DNA of 47,343 nt from an uncultured Candidatus Saccharibacteria bacterium (GTDB taxonomy: Bacteria > Patescibacteriota > Minisyncoccia > UBA6257 > 2-01-FULL-56-20): contig CAYJWW010000004.1 of NCBI GenBank assembly GCA_964374065.1, forward strand, positions 1 to 47,343. Reading direction: 5' to 3'. Below the pieces are notes generated by a model that was given only the letters and a program-made list of their open reading frames with translations, did no database searches and was not told where the DNA came from. Of the stretch, positions 28,618 through 37,329 are shown piece by piece (within the stretch, counting starts at the first letter, position 1; each line of letters opens with the position of its first letter). The position numbers and the translations under genes were made by a program.

Positions 28618-30033
28618 ATGAAATACTACCTCACCGCCGCGATTCCTTACGTGAACGCGAAGCCGCATCTCGGGCATGCGCTGGAATTCATTCAAGCGGA
28701 TGTGGTCGCGCGCTATCACAAAGCGTTAGGAGAAGACGTTTTTTTTGTCTCCGGCGCGGACGAGAACTCCCTGAAGAACGTCCAGGCAGCGGAGCAGGCT
28801 GGAATTTCCGTCCAAGAGCTGTGCGATAAGAACACGGAAGCCTTTATTGCGCTCGCCGCGGCTCTTCATATTGGCTTCAGCGGGTTCATGCGGTCGTCGA
28901 GCGATGAACATATCCGCTCGAGTCAAGAACTTTGGGAGCGGTGCGACAACGCAGGGGATATCTATAAAAAGGCGTACCGGGGGCTCTACTGCGTGGGGTG
29001 CGAAGCTTTTTATACGAAAGATGAATTAAGCGAGGCAGGCGAGTGTTTCGAGCATCCCGGGAAAAAACTGGAAGAAGTGGAGGAAGAGAACTACTTCTTC
29101 CGTCTCTCCAAGTACCAATCGCGCCTCGAGGCGCTCATTCGCGCCGACGGGTACCGGATCCTGCCTGAAGGGAGAAAAAAGGAGGCGCTCGAATTCATTA
29201 AGCGGGGGCTCGAGGACTTCAGCATCTCCCGCTCGAAAGCTCGCTCGCACGGTTGGGGGGTGCCGGTCCCGAAGGACCCCACCCAGATCATGTATGTGTG
29301 GTTCGACGCCTTAAATGTGTACCGTTCCGCCGCTCGGGACCGGTGGCCCGCGGATCTCCACATCATCGGCAAGGGCATCCTCCGTTTCCATGCCGTCTAC
29401 TGGCCGGCGATCCTTCTTTCTGCCGGAATCCCGCTGCCGAAGGAGCTTTTCGTGCACGGCTACGTGACCGCTGACGGCCAAAAGATGTCGAAGACGGTGG
29501 GGAATGTGGTGGACCCGATGGATCTTATCTCGCGCTACGGCGCGGACGCGGTGCGCTACTACTTTCTGCGCGAAATCCCGCCGTACGACGACGGTGATTT
29601 TTCGGAAAAGAAGTTTAAGGATCGGTACAACGCCGACCTTGCGAACGGGCTGGGGAATTTAGTCAGCCGCACGCTCAAGATGGCGGCGGATTACAGGGTT
29701 CGGCTGGAAGTCGACAAAGGGTATGCCGAGTCGGTTCTACGAATGAATTCGGACACGTATGCGAAATGCCTTCGCGCATATGATTTTCAGAAAGCGATCG
29801 AACTCGTATGGTGGCAGATCGGAGCGTGTGACGCATACATCGATCGAACACAACCATTTAAAGTCGCCAAAACCGATCGGGATACCGCCGGAGAATACGT
29901 GAAAAAGGTGCTCGCAGATCTGTATCTCATCGGATTATGGCTTCGTCCGTTCTTGCCCGGGACGAGCGAGGTCATCCTCGCGTCCATCGAGCAAGGCGCT
30001 GTGTCGCAGCCGCTTTTCCCGCGGGTTTCATAG
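28618..30033 (+). CDS. metG: methionine--tRNA ligase (short form, no C-terminal tRNA-binding domain)
   Basis: Class I aaRS with PYVNAKPHLGHA (HIGH) and KMSKT. A CVGCEAF...CFEHPG zinc knuckle is present. 471 aa. Confidence 0.9.
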   Translation: MKYYLTAAIPYVNAKPHLGHALEFIQADVVARYHKALGEDVFFVSGADENSLKNVQAAEQAGISVQELCDKNTEAFIALAAALHIGFSGFMRSSSDEHIRSSQELWERCDNAGDIYKKAYRGLYCVGCEAFYTKDELSEAGECFEHPGKKLEEVEEENYFFRLSKYQSRLEALIRADGYRILPEGRKKEALEFIKRGLEDFSISRSKARSHGWGVPVPKDPTQIMYVWFDALNVYRSAARDRWPADLHIIGKGILRFHAVYWPAILLSAGIPLPKELFVHGYVTADGQKMSKTVGNVVDPMDLISRYGADAVRYYFLREIPPYDDGDFSEKKFKDRYNADLANGLGNLVSRTLKMAADYRVRLEVDKGYAESVLRMNSDTYAKCLRAYDFQKAIELVWWQIGACDAYIDRTQPFKVAKTDRDTAGEYVKKVLADLYLIGLWLRPFLPGTSEVILASIEQGAVSQPLFPRVS

Positions 30034-30058
30034 CTAAGTCCCAAAGTCTAAGTCCCAA
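30034..30058 (+). repeat. tandem direct repeat CTAAGTCCCAA x2 (3-nt spacer) filling the metG–tatD gap; the second copy abuts the tatD ATG
   Basis: Copies at 30034-30044 and 30048-30058. The tatD ATG is at 30058-30060. Confidence 0.8.
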
Positions 30059-30936
30059 TGTCCACTCCCTTCTTCGACGCGCACACCCATGTACAATTCG
30101 CGGCCTACGATGCCGATCGCGAAGAGGTCATTCGGCGCGCGCAGGATGCCAATGTATGGATGATGAATGTCGGAACGAGTCTTAAGACGTCCGAGGCGGC
30201 GGTCTCTCTCGCGAACCGCTTTGAGAAGGGGATATATGCGGCGGCCGGCATCCATCCGGTGCACGCCACGCGTTCTTTCTATGACATGGAAGAGCTTGGT
30301 GCGTCGGACGATGCAAAAGCGCTCTCGGAACATGGCGAAGTATTCGCCCCCGCGTCATACCGCACGCTTGCGGGGGACCCAAAGACGGTGGCAATAGGCG
30401 AGTGCGGCCTCGACTACTTCCGGCTCGAAGGGGATCTGGAAGAGATAAAAGCGAAGCAGCGCGCGATGTTTGAGGCGCAAATCGAATTCGCACACGAGGT
30501 CCGGAAGCCATTGATGATCCACTGCCGCGCCGCATTCCGCGATTTGATCGACACACTAAAAGAGAATAGATCAAAGCTCAAAACTAGCTCCCCCGGCGTG
30601 ATCCATTTCTTTTCCGGCTCTCTCGAAGAAGCGAAACAGCTCCTTGAGATGGGCTTCGCATTCACGTTCGGGGGGGCGATCACGTTCCCGCCGAGAAAAG
30701 GGGAATCCATAGGGACTTACGATGAGGTCGTCCGCTATCTGCCGCTCGAGGCGATCCTTTCCGAAACCGACGCGCCGTATGTGGCGCCTGTTCCGTATCG
30801 CGGCAAACGGAACGAGCCGGCGTATGTGGTCGAAGTCGTGCGCAGGCTCGCCGAGCTCAAGGCAATCGAGGCGGAAGAAATGGAAAAGCGTATTTTCGAG
30901 AACGCGAGACACATCTTCGGGATCGCGCCGGCCTAG
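30058..30936 (+). CDS. tatD: TatD-family metal-dependent hydrolase/DNase
   Basis: DAHTHV...IGECGLDY...MIHCR... are TatD motifs. metG–tatD adjacency is conserved in several bacteria (metS–yabD in Bacillus). Confidence 0.88.
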   Translation: MSTPFFDAHTHVQFAAYDADREEVIRRAQDANVWMMNVGTSLKTSEAAVSLANRFEKGIYAAAGIHPVHATRSFYDMEELGASDDAKALSEHGEVFAPASYRTLAGDPKTVAIGECGLDYFRLEGDLEEIKAKQRAMFEAQIEFAHEVRKPLMIHCRAAFRDLIDTLKENRSKLKTSSPGVIHFFSGSLEEAKQLLEMGFAFTFGGAITFPPRKGESIGTYDEVVRYLPLEAILSETDAPYVAPVPYRGKRNEPAYVVEVVRRLAELKAIEAEEMEKRIFENARHIFGIAPA

Positions 30937-30937
30937 T

Positions 30938-31615
30938 ATGCAAGCGGTTATCCTTGCCGCGGGGCTCGGGACGCGGATGAGAGAGCTCACGAAGCATACC
31001 CCCAAGCCGCTGCTTACGATCGGGGGTATCACGCTGCTGCACCACAAGATCAAGCGCCTGCCGGCGGCCGTTCAGGAGATCGTCATTGTCGTAGGGTACT
31101 TGGGCCGGAAGATCCGCGATGCATTGGGGACGGAGATCGCGGGAACGCCTGTTCGCTACGCCGAGCAGCATGAGCTCAAAGGAAGCGGACACGCGCTTCG
31201 GTTATGCGAACCGCTGCTCCGGGGGAAGTTCCTTGTGCTCAACGGGGACGACTTATATGCCCAGGAAGACCTCGAGCGTTTGATAAGCAATCCGCTTGCG
31301 ATGCTCGCCTGGGAATTGCCGGAGCACGTCCCCGGGAAAGTCATGGGGGAGATCGCGGCTGATCATGGGGGATTTCTCGCGGGCGTGCTGGAGAATCGTC
31401 CTGCCGCCAAGGGAGCCCTTATGAATGCGGGCGGCTACATTCTGGACAAGCGCTTTTTCGAGTGGCCGCTCGTTCCCGTGGCGCCGGGGGCGAGGGAATT
31501 CGGGCTCCCGCAGATGATGGCGAAGGCGGCCCGCAAAGGGGAGCGGATACGCGTGGAGCGGGCTACGTGGTGGCGAAACGTCACCGCGCCAGAGGACCTT
31601 ATGAGCGCTCTCTGA
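30938..31615 (+). CDS. sugar-phosphate nucleotidyltransferase (NTP_transferase family)
   Basis: MQAVILAAGLGTRM...KPLL is the G-x-G-T-R glycine-rich loop. 225 aa from the internal ATG; the track ORF starts inside tatD. Confidence 0.8.
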   Translation: MQAVILAAGLGTRMRELTKHTPKPLLTIGGITLLHHKIKRLPAAVQEIVIVVGYLGRKIRDALGTEIAGTPVRYAEQHELKGSGHALRLCEPLLRGKFLVLNGDDLYAQEDLERLISNPLAMLAWELPEHVPGKVMGEIAADHGGFLAGVLENRPAAKGALMNAGGYILDKRFFEWPLVPVAPGAREFGLPQMMAKAARKGERIRVERATWWRNVTAPEDLMSAL

Positions 31616-31693
31616 TTTGACAAAGGCTGCGCTCGCGACGCCTTCCCATTTAAGCAGCCTTTCATTAGAATCAAGAAACCCCGCCTTCGCCGA

Positions 31694-31733
31694 CCTGCCT
31701 GCCGGCGGGCAGGGGCTGCGGCGGGCAGGCAGG
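31694..31733 (+). promoter_or_regulatory. GC hairpin in the leuS leader (CCTGCCTGCC ... GGCAGGCAGG, 10-bp perfect stem) ending 10 nt before the ATG
   Basis: The arms at 31694-31703 and 31724-31733 are exact reverse complements. The loop contains two GGCGGGCAGG copies. Confidence 0.4.
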
Positions 31734-31743
31734 GAAATGAAGA

Positions 31744-34584
31744 ATGAAGTATCACTTCCGTCAAATAGAGCAGAAGTGGCAGAAAAGATGGCTTGAAGAA
31801 AAGTCGTTTCAGGCGCGCGAAGATTCGGGAAAGCCGAAGTACTACCAGCTTGAGACGTTTCCGTATCCTTCCGCCGAAGGACTGCATGTGGGGCACCCGA
31901 AGGGATATATCGCCGAAGACATTCACGCGCGTTATATGCGCATGAACGGCCGCGAAGTGCTCTACACGATGGGGTGGGATGCGTTCGGTCTCCCTACGGA
32001 AAACTACGCCTTAAAAATAGGAAAGACACCGAACGAGGTTGCCAAAGCGAATGTGGCAAACTTTAAGCGACAAGTGCGCATGTTCGGGCTTTCGTACGAC
32101 TGGGACCGCGAGATCAACACTTCAACCCCCGAGTATTACAAGTGGACCCAGTGGCTTTTTATCCAATTTTTCAAGAAAGGCCTTGCGTATCAAGCGAGTG
32201 CGAACGTAAATTGGTGCCCGAACTGCGAAACGGTGCTCGCGAACGAGCAGGTGGAAGGCGGCGCGTGCTGGCGCTGCAACACCCCCGTCGTGCAGAAGCA
32301 GATGGAGCAGTGGTTCTTGAAGATCACCGACTACGCAGAGCGCCTTCAGGCCGACCTCAAGGGGCTCGATTGGCCGGAGGCGACGATCAAACGCCAAAGA
32401 GATTGGATAGGAAAATCAGAGGGAGCCCTTCTTGAGTTCCCGATTCAAGATTCAAGTTTCAGGGTTCGGGTATTCACCACGCGGCCGGACACGCTTTTCG
32501 GCGCGACGTTCATGGTCTTGGCGCCCGAGCATCCCTTAATCGAAAATTTGAAATTGAAAATTGAAAATTGGGGCGAAATCCAGAAGTACATCGAACAAGC
32601 GCGGCATAAAACCGAGCTTATGCGGAAGGAGGAACGGGAGAAAACGGGATTGGAGCTCAAGGGGGTCAAAGCGATGAATCCGGCCACGAAAGAAGAGATT
32701 CCTATTTTCATCGCCGATTACGTGCTCATGGGCTACGGCACGGGAGCGGTCATGGGCGTGCCCGCGCACGACGAGCGGGACTACGAGTTCGCGAAAAGGC
32801 ATGAGCTCCCGATGCGGACCGTCGTAGAGCCCCTCTATACACAAAGCAGGGAGCCGGGAAAGATCGCGGAGGGAGTGCCGTTTGATGAACGCGATGCCAT
32901 CATTGCGATCGTGAAGCACTGGTCCGAGGAGAAGTATATGGCGCTTAAGTGGAAGAAAGTCGCGTGGGGAACCTTCCTCACGGGCGGCGTTGAGAAAGGT
33001 CAGACGGCGGAAGAGGCGGCCAAGGCGGAGATCAAGGAAGAAACGGGGTACCTCAATCCCGCGCTCGTGAAGGATTTCGGCATCATTCATGGTAAATTTT
33101 ACCACGTCCCGAAGAACGTGAACCGGTTCGCTCATGCCCGCGTGCTTTATTTTGAACTGCGCGATGATGCGCAAGGGGATATCTCGGACGAGGAGCGGCA
33201 GATTCACGAGATATTGTGGCTCTCGACCGAAGAACTCGCGAAATTTCTGACCCCCGATACCCACCAGCATGCGTTGCGGATGTTTCTCGGCACGCAGGGA
33301 GCGTATGAGGGCGAAGGGGTTTTGACGAACTCCGGCGAGTTCAACGGAATGGACACCGGAACAGGGAGGTGGGAGATTGCGAAATTCGTCGGCGGCGCGC
33401 GGAGAATCCAATATAAAATCCGCGATTGGTCCGTCTCGCGGCAGCGGTACTGGGGCGTGCCGATCCCGATGATCCACTGCGCGACCTGCGGCGCGGTTCC
33501 GGTGCCCGAGAGCGACCTCCCGGTGCTTCTTCCCAAAGATGTGGATTATCGTCCGAAGGGCAAGCCGCCGCTTGCGAGCTCGGAAAAATTCATGAACGTG
33601 AAGTGTCCGAAATGCGGCGGCGAAGCGCGCCGGGATCCGGAGACGCTCGATACGTTCGTTGATTCTTCTTGGTATTACCTGCGCTACACGGATCCGAAGA
33701 ACGAAAAGGAGATCTTCAATAAGGATAGCGCGGCCCACTGGCTGCCGGTTGACCTTTACGTGATCGGCGCGGAGCATACCGTGCTCCATCTGCTGTATTC
33801 CCGGTTTATCACGAAATTCTTGTACGACGAAGGATACGTGAGTTTCACGGAGCCGTTCACAACGCTTCGGCATCAAGGGCTCGTGTTGGGCGCGGACGGG
33901 CAGAAGATGTCCAAATCGAAGGGAAACGTGGTGAACCCCGACGACCTTATCGCGGAGTTCGGGGCGGATACCGTGCGCCTTTATGAGATGTTCATGGGGC
34001 CCTTCGAGAACGGCCAGCCGTGGGATCCGCAGGGAGTTTTGGGCACGCACCGGTTCCTCCATCGTTTTTGGAGTTTTATGAGAGAGCGGATCTCGAGTTC
34101 TGATTTCGCGAGTGCGGAGACGCCGCGAATTCAGCGGGCCGCGGTTCATAAGGGTATCAAGAAAGTGGGGGAGGATATCGCCGGCTTCAAATTCAACACG
34201 GCCGTTTCGTCTTTGATGATACTTTTAAACGAGCTGGAAGGAGCGGCGATCGGGAAAAGAGACGTCGAAGCGGTGCTAAAGCTCCTGCATCCGTTCGCGC
34301 CGCATGTCGCTCAAGAACTCTGGGAAATGGCCGGGTACAATACCATTCTCGATTTCGAAGCGTGGCCGGCGCATGATCCGGACCTTATCGTCAAAGCGAC
34401 ATTCCGGCTCGTCATTCAGATAAACGGAAAAGTCCGCGATACTGTCGAAGCGCCCGCGGGCGTTTCCGAGGAGGAAGCCGCACGCCTCTCGCTTCAAAGT
34501 GCGCGTGTGACGCGCGCACTGGGAGGGATAAAGCCCCGCAAGGTGATTTACGTCAAAGATCGCCTTATCAACTTTGTTCTGTGA
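31744..34584 (+). CDS. leuS: leucine--tRNA ligase carrying an inserted Nudix-fold domain after the CP1 editing domain
   Basis: HVGH, TTRPDTLFGATF, GTGAVMGVPAHDERDYEFA, NSGEFNG, RDWSVSRQRYWGVPIP and KMSKSKGN are in LeuRS order. 946 aa, with ~155 extra aa between EFA and NSGEFNG. Confidence 0.93.
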   Translation: MKYHFRQIEQKWQKRWLEEKSFQAREDSGKPKYYQLETFPYPSAEGLHVGHPKGYIAEDIHARYMRMNGREVLYTMGWDAFGLPTENYALKIGKTPNEVAKANVANFKRQVRMFGLSYDWDREINTSTPEYYKWTQWLFIQFFKKGLAYQASANVNWCPNCETVLANEQVEGGACWRCNTPVVQKQMEQWFLKITDYAERLQADLKGLDWPEATIKRQRDWIGKSEGALLEFPIQDSSFRVRVFTTRPDTLFGATFMVLAPEHPLIENLKLKIENWGEIQKYIEQARHKTELMRKEEREKTGLELKGVKAMNPATKEEIPIFIADYVLMGYGTGAVMGVPAHDERDYEFAKRHELPMRTVVEPLYTQSREPGKIAEGVPFDERDAIIAIVKHWSEEKYMALKWKKVAWGTFLTGGVEKGQTAEEAAKAEIKEETGYLNPALVKDFGIIHGKFYHVPKNVNRFAHARVLYFELRDDAQGDISDEERQIHEILWLSTEELAKFLTPDTHQHALRMFLGTQGAYEGEGVLTNSGEFNGMDTGTGRWEIAKFVGGARRIQYKIRDWSVSRQRYWGVPIPMIHCATCGAVPVPESDLPVLLPKDVDYRPKGKPPLASSEKFMNVKCPKCGGEARRDPETLDTFVDSSWYYLRYTDPKNEKEIFNKDSAAHWLPVDLYVIGAEHTVLHLLYSRFITKFLYDEGYVSFTEPFTTLRHQGLVLGADGQKMSKSKGNVVNPDDLIAEFGADTVRLYEMFMGPFENGQPWDPQGVLGTHRFLHRFWSFMRERISSSDFASAETPRIQRAAVHKGIKKVGEDIAGFKFNTAVSSLMILLNELEGAAIGKRDVEAVLKLLHPFAPHVAQELWEMAGYNTILDFEAWPAHDPDLIVKATFRLVIQINGKVRDTVEAPAGVSEEEAARLSLQSARVTRALGGIKPRKVIYVKDRLINFVL

Positions 34585-34611
34585 TTGCTATAAGAGGTGT
34601 AGAATGAATTT

Positions 34612-35499
34612 ATGCAAGGAGCATTCGTGATTTTAGGGATACTCGCGCTCCTCATTGTCGGCGGTTTAGTTATCGGTGTGCAGGGCCCAGCTCCTCGGGA
34701 GCCCGTTTTCGTTTCCACGAGCACCATTCCCGCGGCGCAGGGGGGCCAGCCAAGACAGTTGGCGGCGCCCTCGGCGCCCGCCGCGCAGCCGCCGTCAGAT
34801 CCGCCTCCGACGGATATTCCGCCGGGATTTACCGCGTCGCAAATCTCAACCCATTGGCGCAAGGTTCGCGTCGGAAACCCATATCGGTATGGAACGGGAA
34901 TCGATGCGTACCGCCACATGACTCTCTCTTCACTGGTTCCGCAAGGTGAAACCTTGTCGCTCGGGGGATGGAAGCTCAAGGGAGGCGGAGGAGAAGCGAC
35001 GATCCCCGCCGCCATTGCAACATACTCCCCGACCGGGTCGGGAGAGGAACGGCCGATCGCTCTGGGAGCAGGGGATACGGTCTTCATCTATTCATCTCGG
35101 AGCCCCTTGGCGAAAGGTTTTCGGATGAATAAGTGCATGGGGTACCTTGAAAAGGTATACCAGTTCAAGCCGGCGCTTCCGCTCGCGTGCCCCGCGCCGT
35201 ATCGCGACCGTTCGGAGGTCGCAAAGTTCCCCCTAAAATGCCAGGATCATATTCTCTCGCTTCAGGCCTGCGGGCTACCCTCCATACAAACGGACGACAG
35301 TGCGTGCGCCTCGTTCTTGGCGAAGATCAACTATGGCGGTTGTTTTGAAAAATATCGCGGCGACGCCGATTTCTTTTCCAAAGAGTGGCGCGTTTTTCTT
35401 GGAGATCAAAGCGGCGAGCGGGATATCGCAAGCCCTGCCCGCGGGTTTTTGGAACTCTACGACGCGGAGGGGAAACTCGTGGATCAGTACGTATATTAG
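34612..35499 (+). CDS. hypothetical secreted/membrane-anchored protein with a lamin-tail-like (LTD) domain and a Cys-rich C-terminal region
   Basis: N-terminal TM/signal region, a Pro-rich linker, GETLSLGGWKL...DTVFIYSS as in LTD domains, and a C-terminal region with 8 Cys. Confidence 0.55.
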   Translation: MQGAFVILGILALLIVGGLVIGVQGPAPREPVFVSTSTIPAAQGGQPRQLAAPSAPAAQPPSDPPPTDIPPGFTASQISTHWRKVRVGNPYRYGTGIDAYRHMTLSSLVPQGETLSLGGWKLKGGGGEATIPAAIATYSPTGSGEERPIALGAGDTVFIYSSRSPLAKGFRMNKCMGYLEKVYQFKPALPLACPAPYRDRSEVAKFPLKCQDHILSLQACGLPSIQTDDSACASFLAKINYGGCFEKYRGDADFFSKEWRVFLGDQSGERDIASPARGFLELYDAEGKLVDQYVY

Positions 35500-36558
35500 C
35501 TACTTTCGTTCCGCAAGCGCCACTTTCGCCCTGAACTGCTTTGTGCCGCGCATGACGACGAGCTCCATTACGTCTCCCACGTTCATCTCGTCCAGATAGT
35601 CTTGGATCGGATGCTCCGCGGTGACCCGCTTCCCGTTGCATTCGAGGATTATGTCTTTCTCTCGCAAGCCGGCTTTATCGGCGGGGCTCTCCGCCACGAC
35701 CGCCGGATCGCGCGTTCCTTCAGGAATCAGATAAGCGCCGTAGTTCACCGAAAGCCCCATTTTCTCCTTCAGATTGTCGTCCAGAACAAGATACCGAACA
35801 CCGAGAAGCGGCCGGCGGATACGGCCGTATTTTTGGAGGTCTTGGAGGTCGCGTTTCGCCGCGTTGATCGGGATCGCGAACCCGATGTTCTGCGCGCCGG
35901 AGACGATCGCGGCATTTACGCCGACCGCTTCGCCGTCAAGGTTCACGAGCGGTCCTCCGGAGTTCCCGGGGTTGATCGCCGCGTCGGTTTGGATAAGCCC
36001 CCGCAGTTCCTGCGAAGGCGCATGGGGATTTTCCCGCGCCGTAATCGCCCGCGAAAGTCCGGAAACGATTCCCAAAGACACCGTATTTTTGAATATTCCC
36101 AGTGCGTTTCCGATGGCGATAACGCTTTGGCCTAGCTCGATCTTCGTCGCGTCTCCCAGGGGAACTATGGGGAGATCCATCACCCCGATCTTCAGTATCG
36201 CGATGTCGTTTATGGGGTCCAGGCTCAGAAGCACTGCGCTGCACTTGCGGCCGTCGTTTAGGATTACGGAATACTCCGCCTTAGGGTCAGAAATTACATG
36301 CTTATCGGTGATTACGAGCCCGTTCTGGTCGACGATGAATCCGGAGCCGCCGCCGACCTGGACCATCCCCCGCGGGTCGATGACAAGGCCGGGAATTGAG
36401 AATTTCTTTTCTTTCTTGGGATGCTCGCCGGGCAGGAAAGGATAGATCTGGTGGCCGACCTCCTTTTCGAGGTCGTGGAGATTTTTCGTGATCATGATCG
36501 AGACCACTGCCGGCATCACCCGTTTGATGGTTTCGATCACGCGCCCGTCGTCGTTCAT
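35500..36558 (-). CDS. htrA: HtrA/DegP-family serine protease with a PDZ domain
   Basis: Trypsin-like domain with GNSGGPL and a C-terminal PDZ domain. The ATG at 36558 is chosen because the track ORF upstream part overlaps the next gene. The stop codon abuts the stop of the convergent gene (TAGCTA). Confidence 0.85.
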   Translation of the reverse strand: MNDDGRVIETIKRVMPAVVSIMITKNLHDLEKEVGHQIYPFLPGEHPKKEKKFSIPGLVIDPRGMVQVGGGSGFIVDQNGLVITDKHVISDPKAEYSVILNDGRKCSAVLLSLDPINDIAILKIGVMDLPIVPLGDATKIELGQSVIAIGNALGIFKNTVSLGIVSGLSRAITARENPHAPSQELRGLIQTDAAINPGNSGGPLVNLDGEAVGVNAAIVSGAQNIGFAIPINAAKRDLQDLQKYGRIRRPLLGVRYLVLDDNLKEKMGLSVNYGAYLIPEGTRDPAVVAESPADKAGLREKDIILECNGKRVTAEHPIQDYLDEMNVGDVMELVVMRGTKQFRAKVALAERK

Positions 36559-36593
36559 ATGCGTAATTGTAGCATGCTCCGCCGTTGGCTCCC

Positions 36594-37151
36594 CTAGTTC
36601 CGTTTTCGGGGAGGCATTACGGAGGGGATCAATCCGCCCAAGACCGTCATGATAATATCCTCGGTCGTGTCCCAGCGGTCGGCAAGGGCCGCGGTTCCCA
36701 GAAACCAATCGGAAAAATACTCCATCATTTCGTAAAGCACCGCGGTCGAGGCCACGGCGGTGAGTATCAGATAAAACCGAACTGTAAAAGGCGCGGTTTT
36801 TCCCGCCGACTCTTCCTTCATGCCGACGAACCATCGTACGGCAATTCCGGTCGCGAGCCCTCCGGTGAAATGCGTCAGATTGTCATACCACGGAAAACGG
36901 GCGTAGAGATGCATGATATCGCCGCCGGCATCGAGGACTATCGCGGCAATTACGGTGATCCACAGATAGAGCGGGGGTCGATATCTGCCTCCAAGACGGT
37001 TCTCCATATATCCAAGCGCGCCGAGGGAAAACAGGGCGGTCAGAACAAGGCCGGCCCACGAGAATTGAGGGGTAAGCGGGAGGATGCCGAGAAGACCCAA
37101 GAGTTCGAGTCCTATGATCGCGATGAATAACAGACGGGCGAAGAGGATCAT
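36594..37151 (-). CDS. hypothetical integral membrane protein
   Basis: 186 aa from the ATG at 37151 with ~6 TM helices. The upstream part of the track ORF is the tRNA-Ser sequence. Confidence 0.55.
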   Translation of the reverse strand: MILFARLLFIAIIGLELLGLLGILPLTPQFSWAGLVLTALFSLGALGYMENRLGGRYRPPLYLWITVIAAIVLDAGGDIMHLYARFPWYDNLTHFTGGLATGIAVRWFVGMKEESAGKTAPFTVRFYLILTAVASTAVLYEMMEYFSDWFLGTAALADRWDTTEDIIMTVLGGLIPSVMPPRKRN

Positions 37152-37153
37152 GG

Positions 37154-37243
37154 TGGCGGAAGCGGGAGGATTCGAACCTCCGATACCCTTTCGGGCATAC
37201 CGCATTTCGAGTGCGGCCCATTCAACCGCTCTGGCACGCTTCC
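37154..37243 (-). tRNA. tRNA-Ser (anticodon CGA), long variable arm, CCA encoded
   Basis: Reverse complement gives GGAAGCG-TG-CCAGAGCGGTTGAATGG-G-CCGCA-CTCGAAA-TGCGG-TATGCCCGAAAGGGTATC-GGAGGTTCGAATCCTCC-CGCTTCC-G-CCA. Type II tRNA with a perfect acceptor stem. Confidence 0.9.
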
Positions 37244-37294
37244 TCTGAGCTATTACCTTATCAGATTCTATACCGAAGCGACAAGTGCGGAGAT

Positions 37295-37323
37295 TTGACA
37301 CCCACATCACTATCCGGTATAAT
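37295..37323 (+). promoter_or_regulatory. consensus sigma70 promoter TTGACA-17-TATAAT
   Basis: TTGACA at 37295-37300, exactly 17 nt, then TATAAT at 37318-37323. Both hexamers match the consensus perfectly. Confidence 0.65.
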
Positions 37324-37329
37324 CATCCG

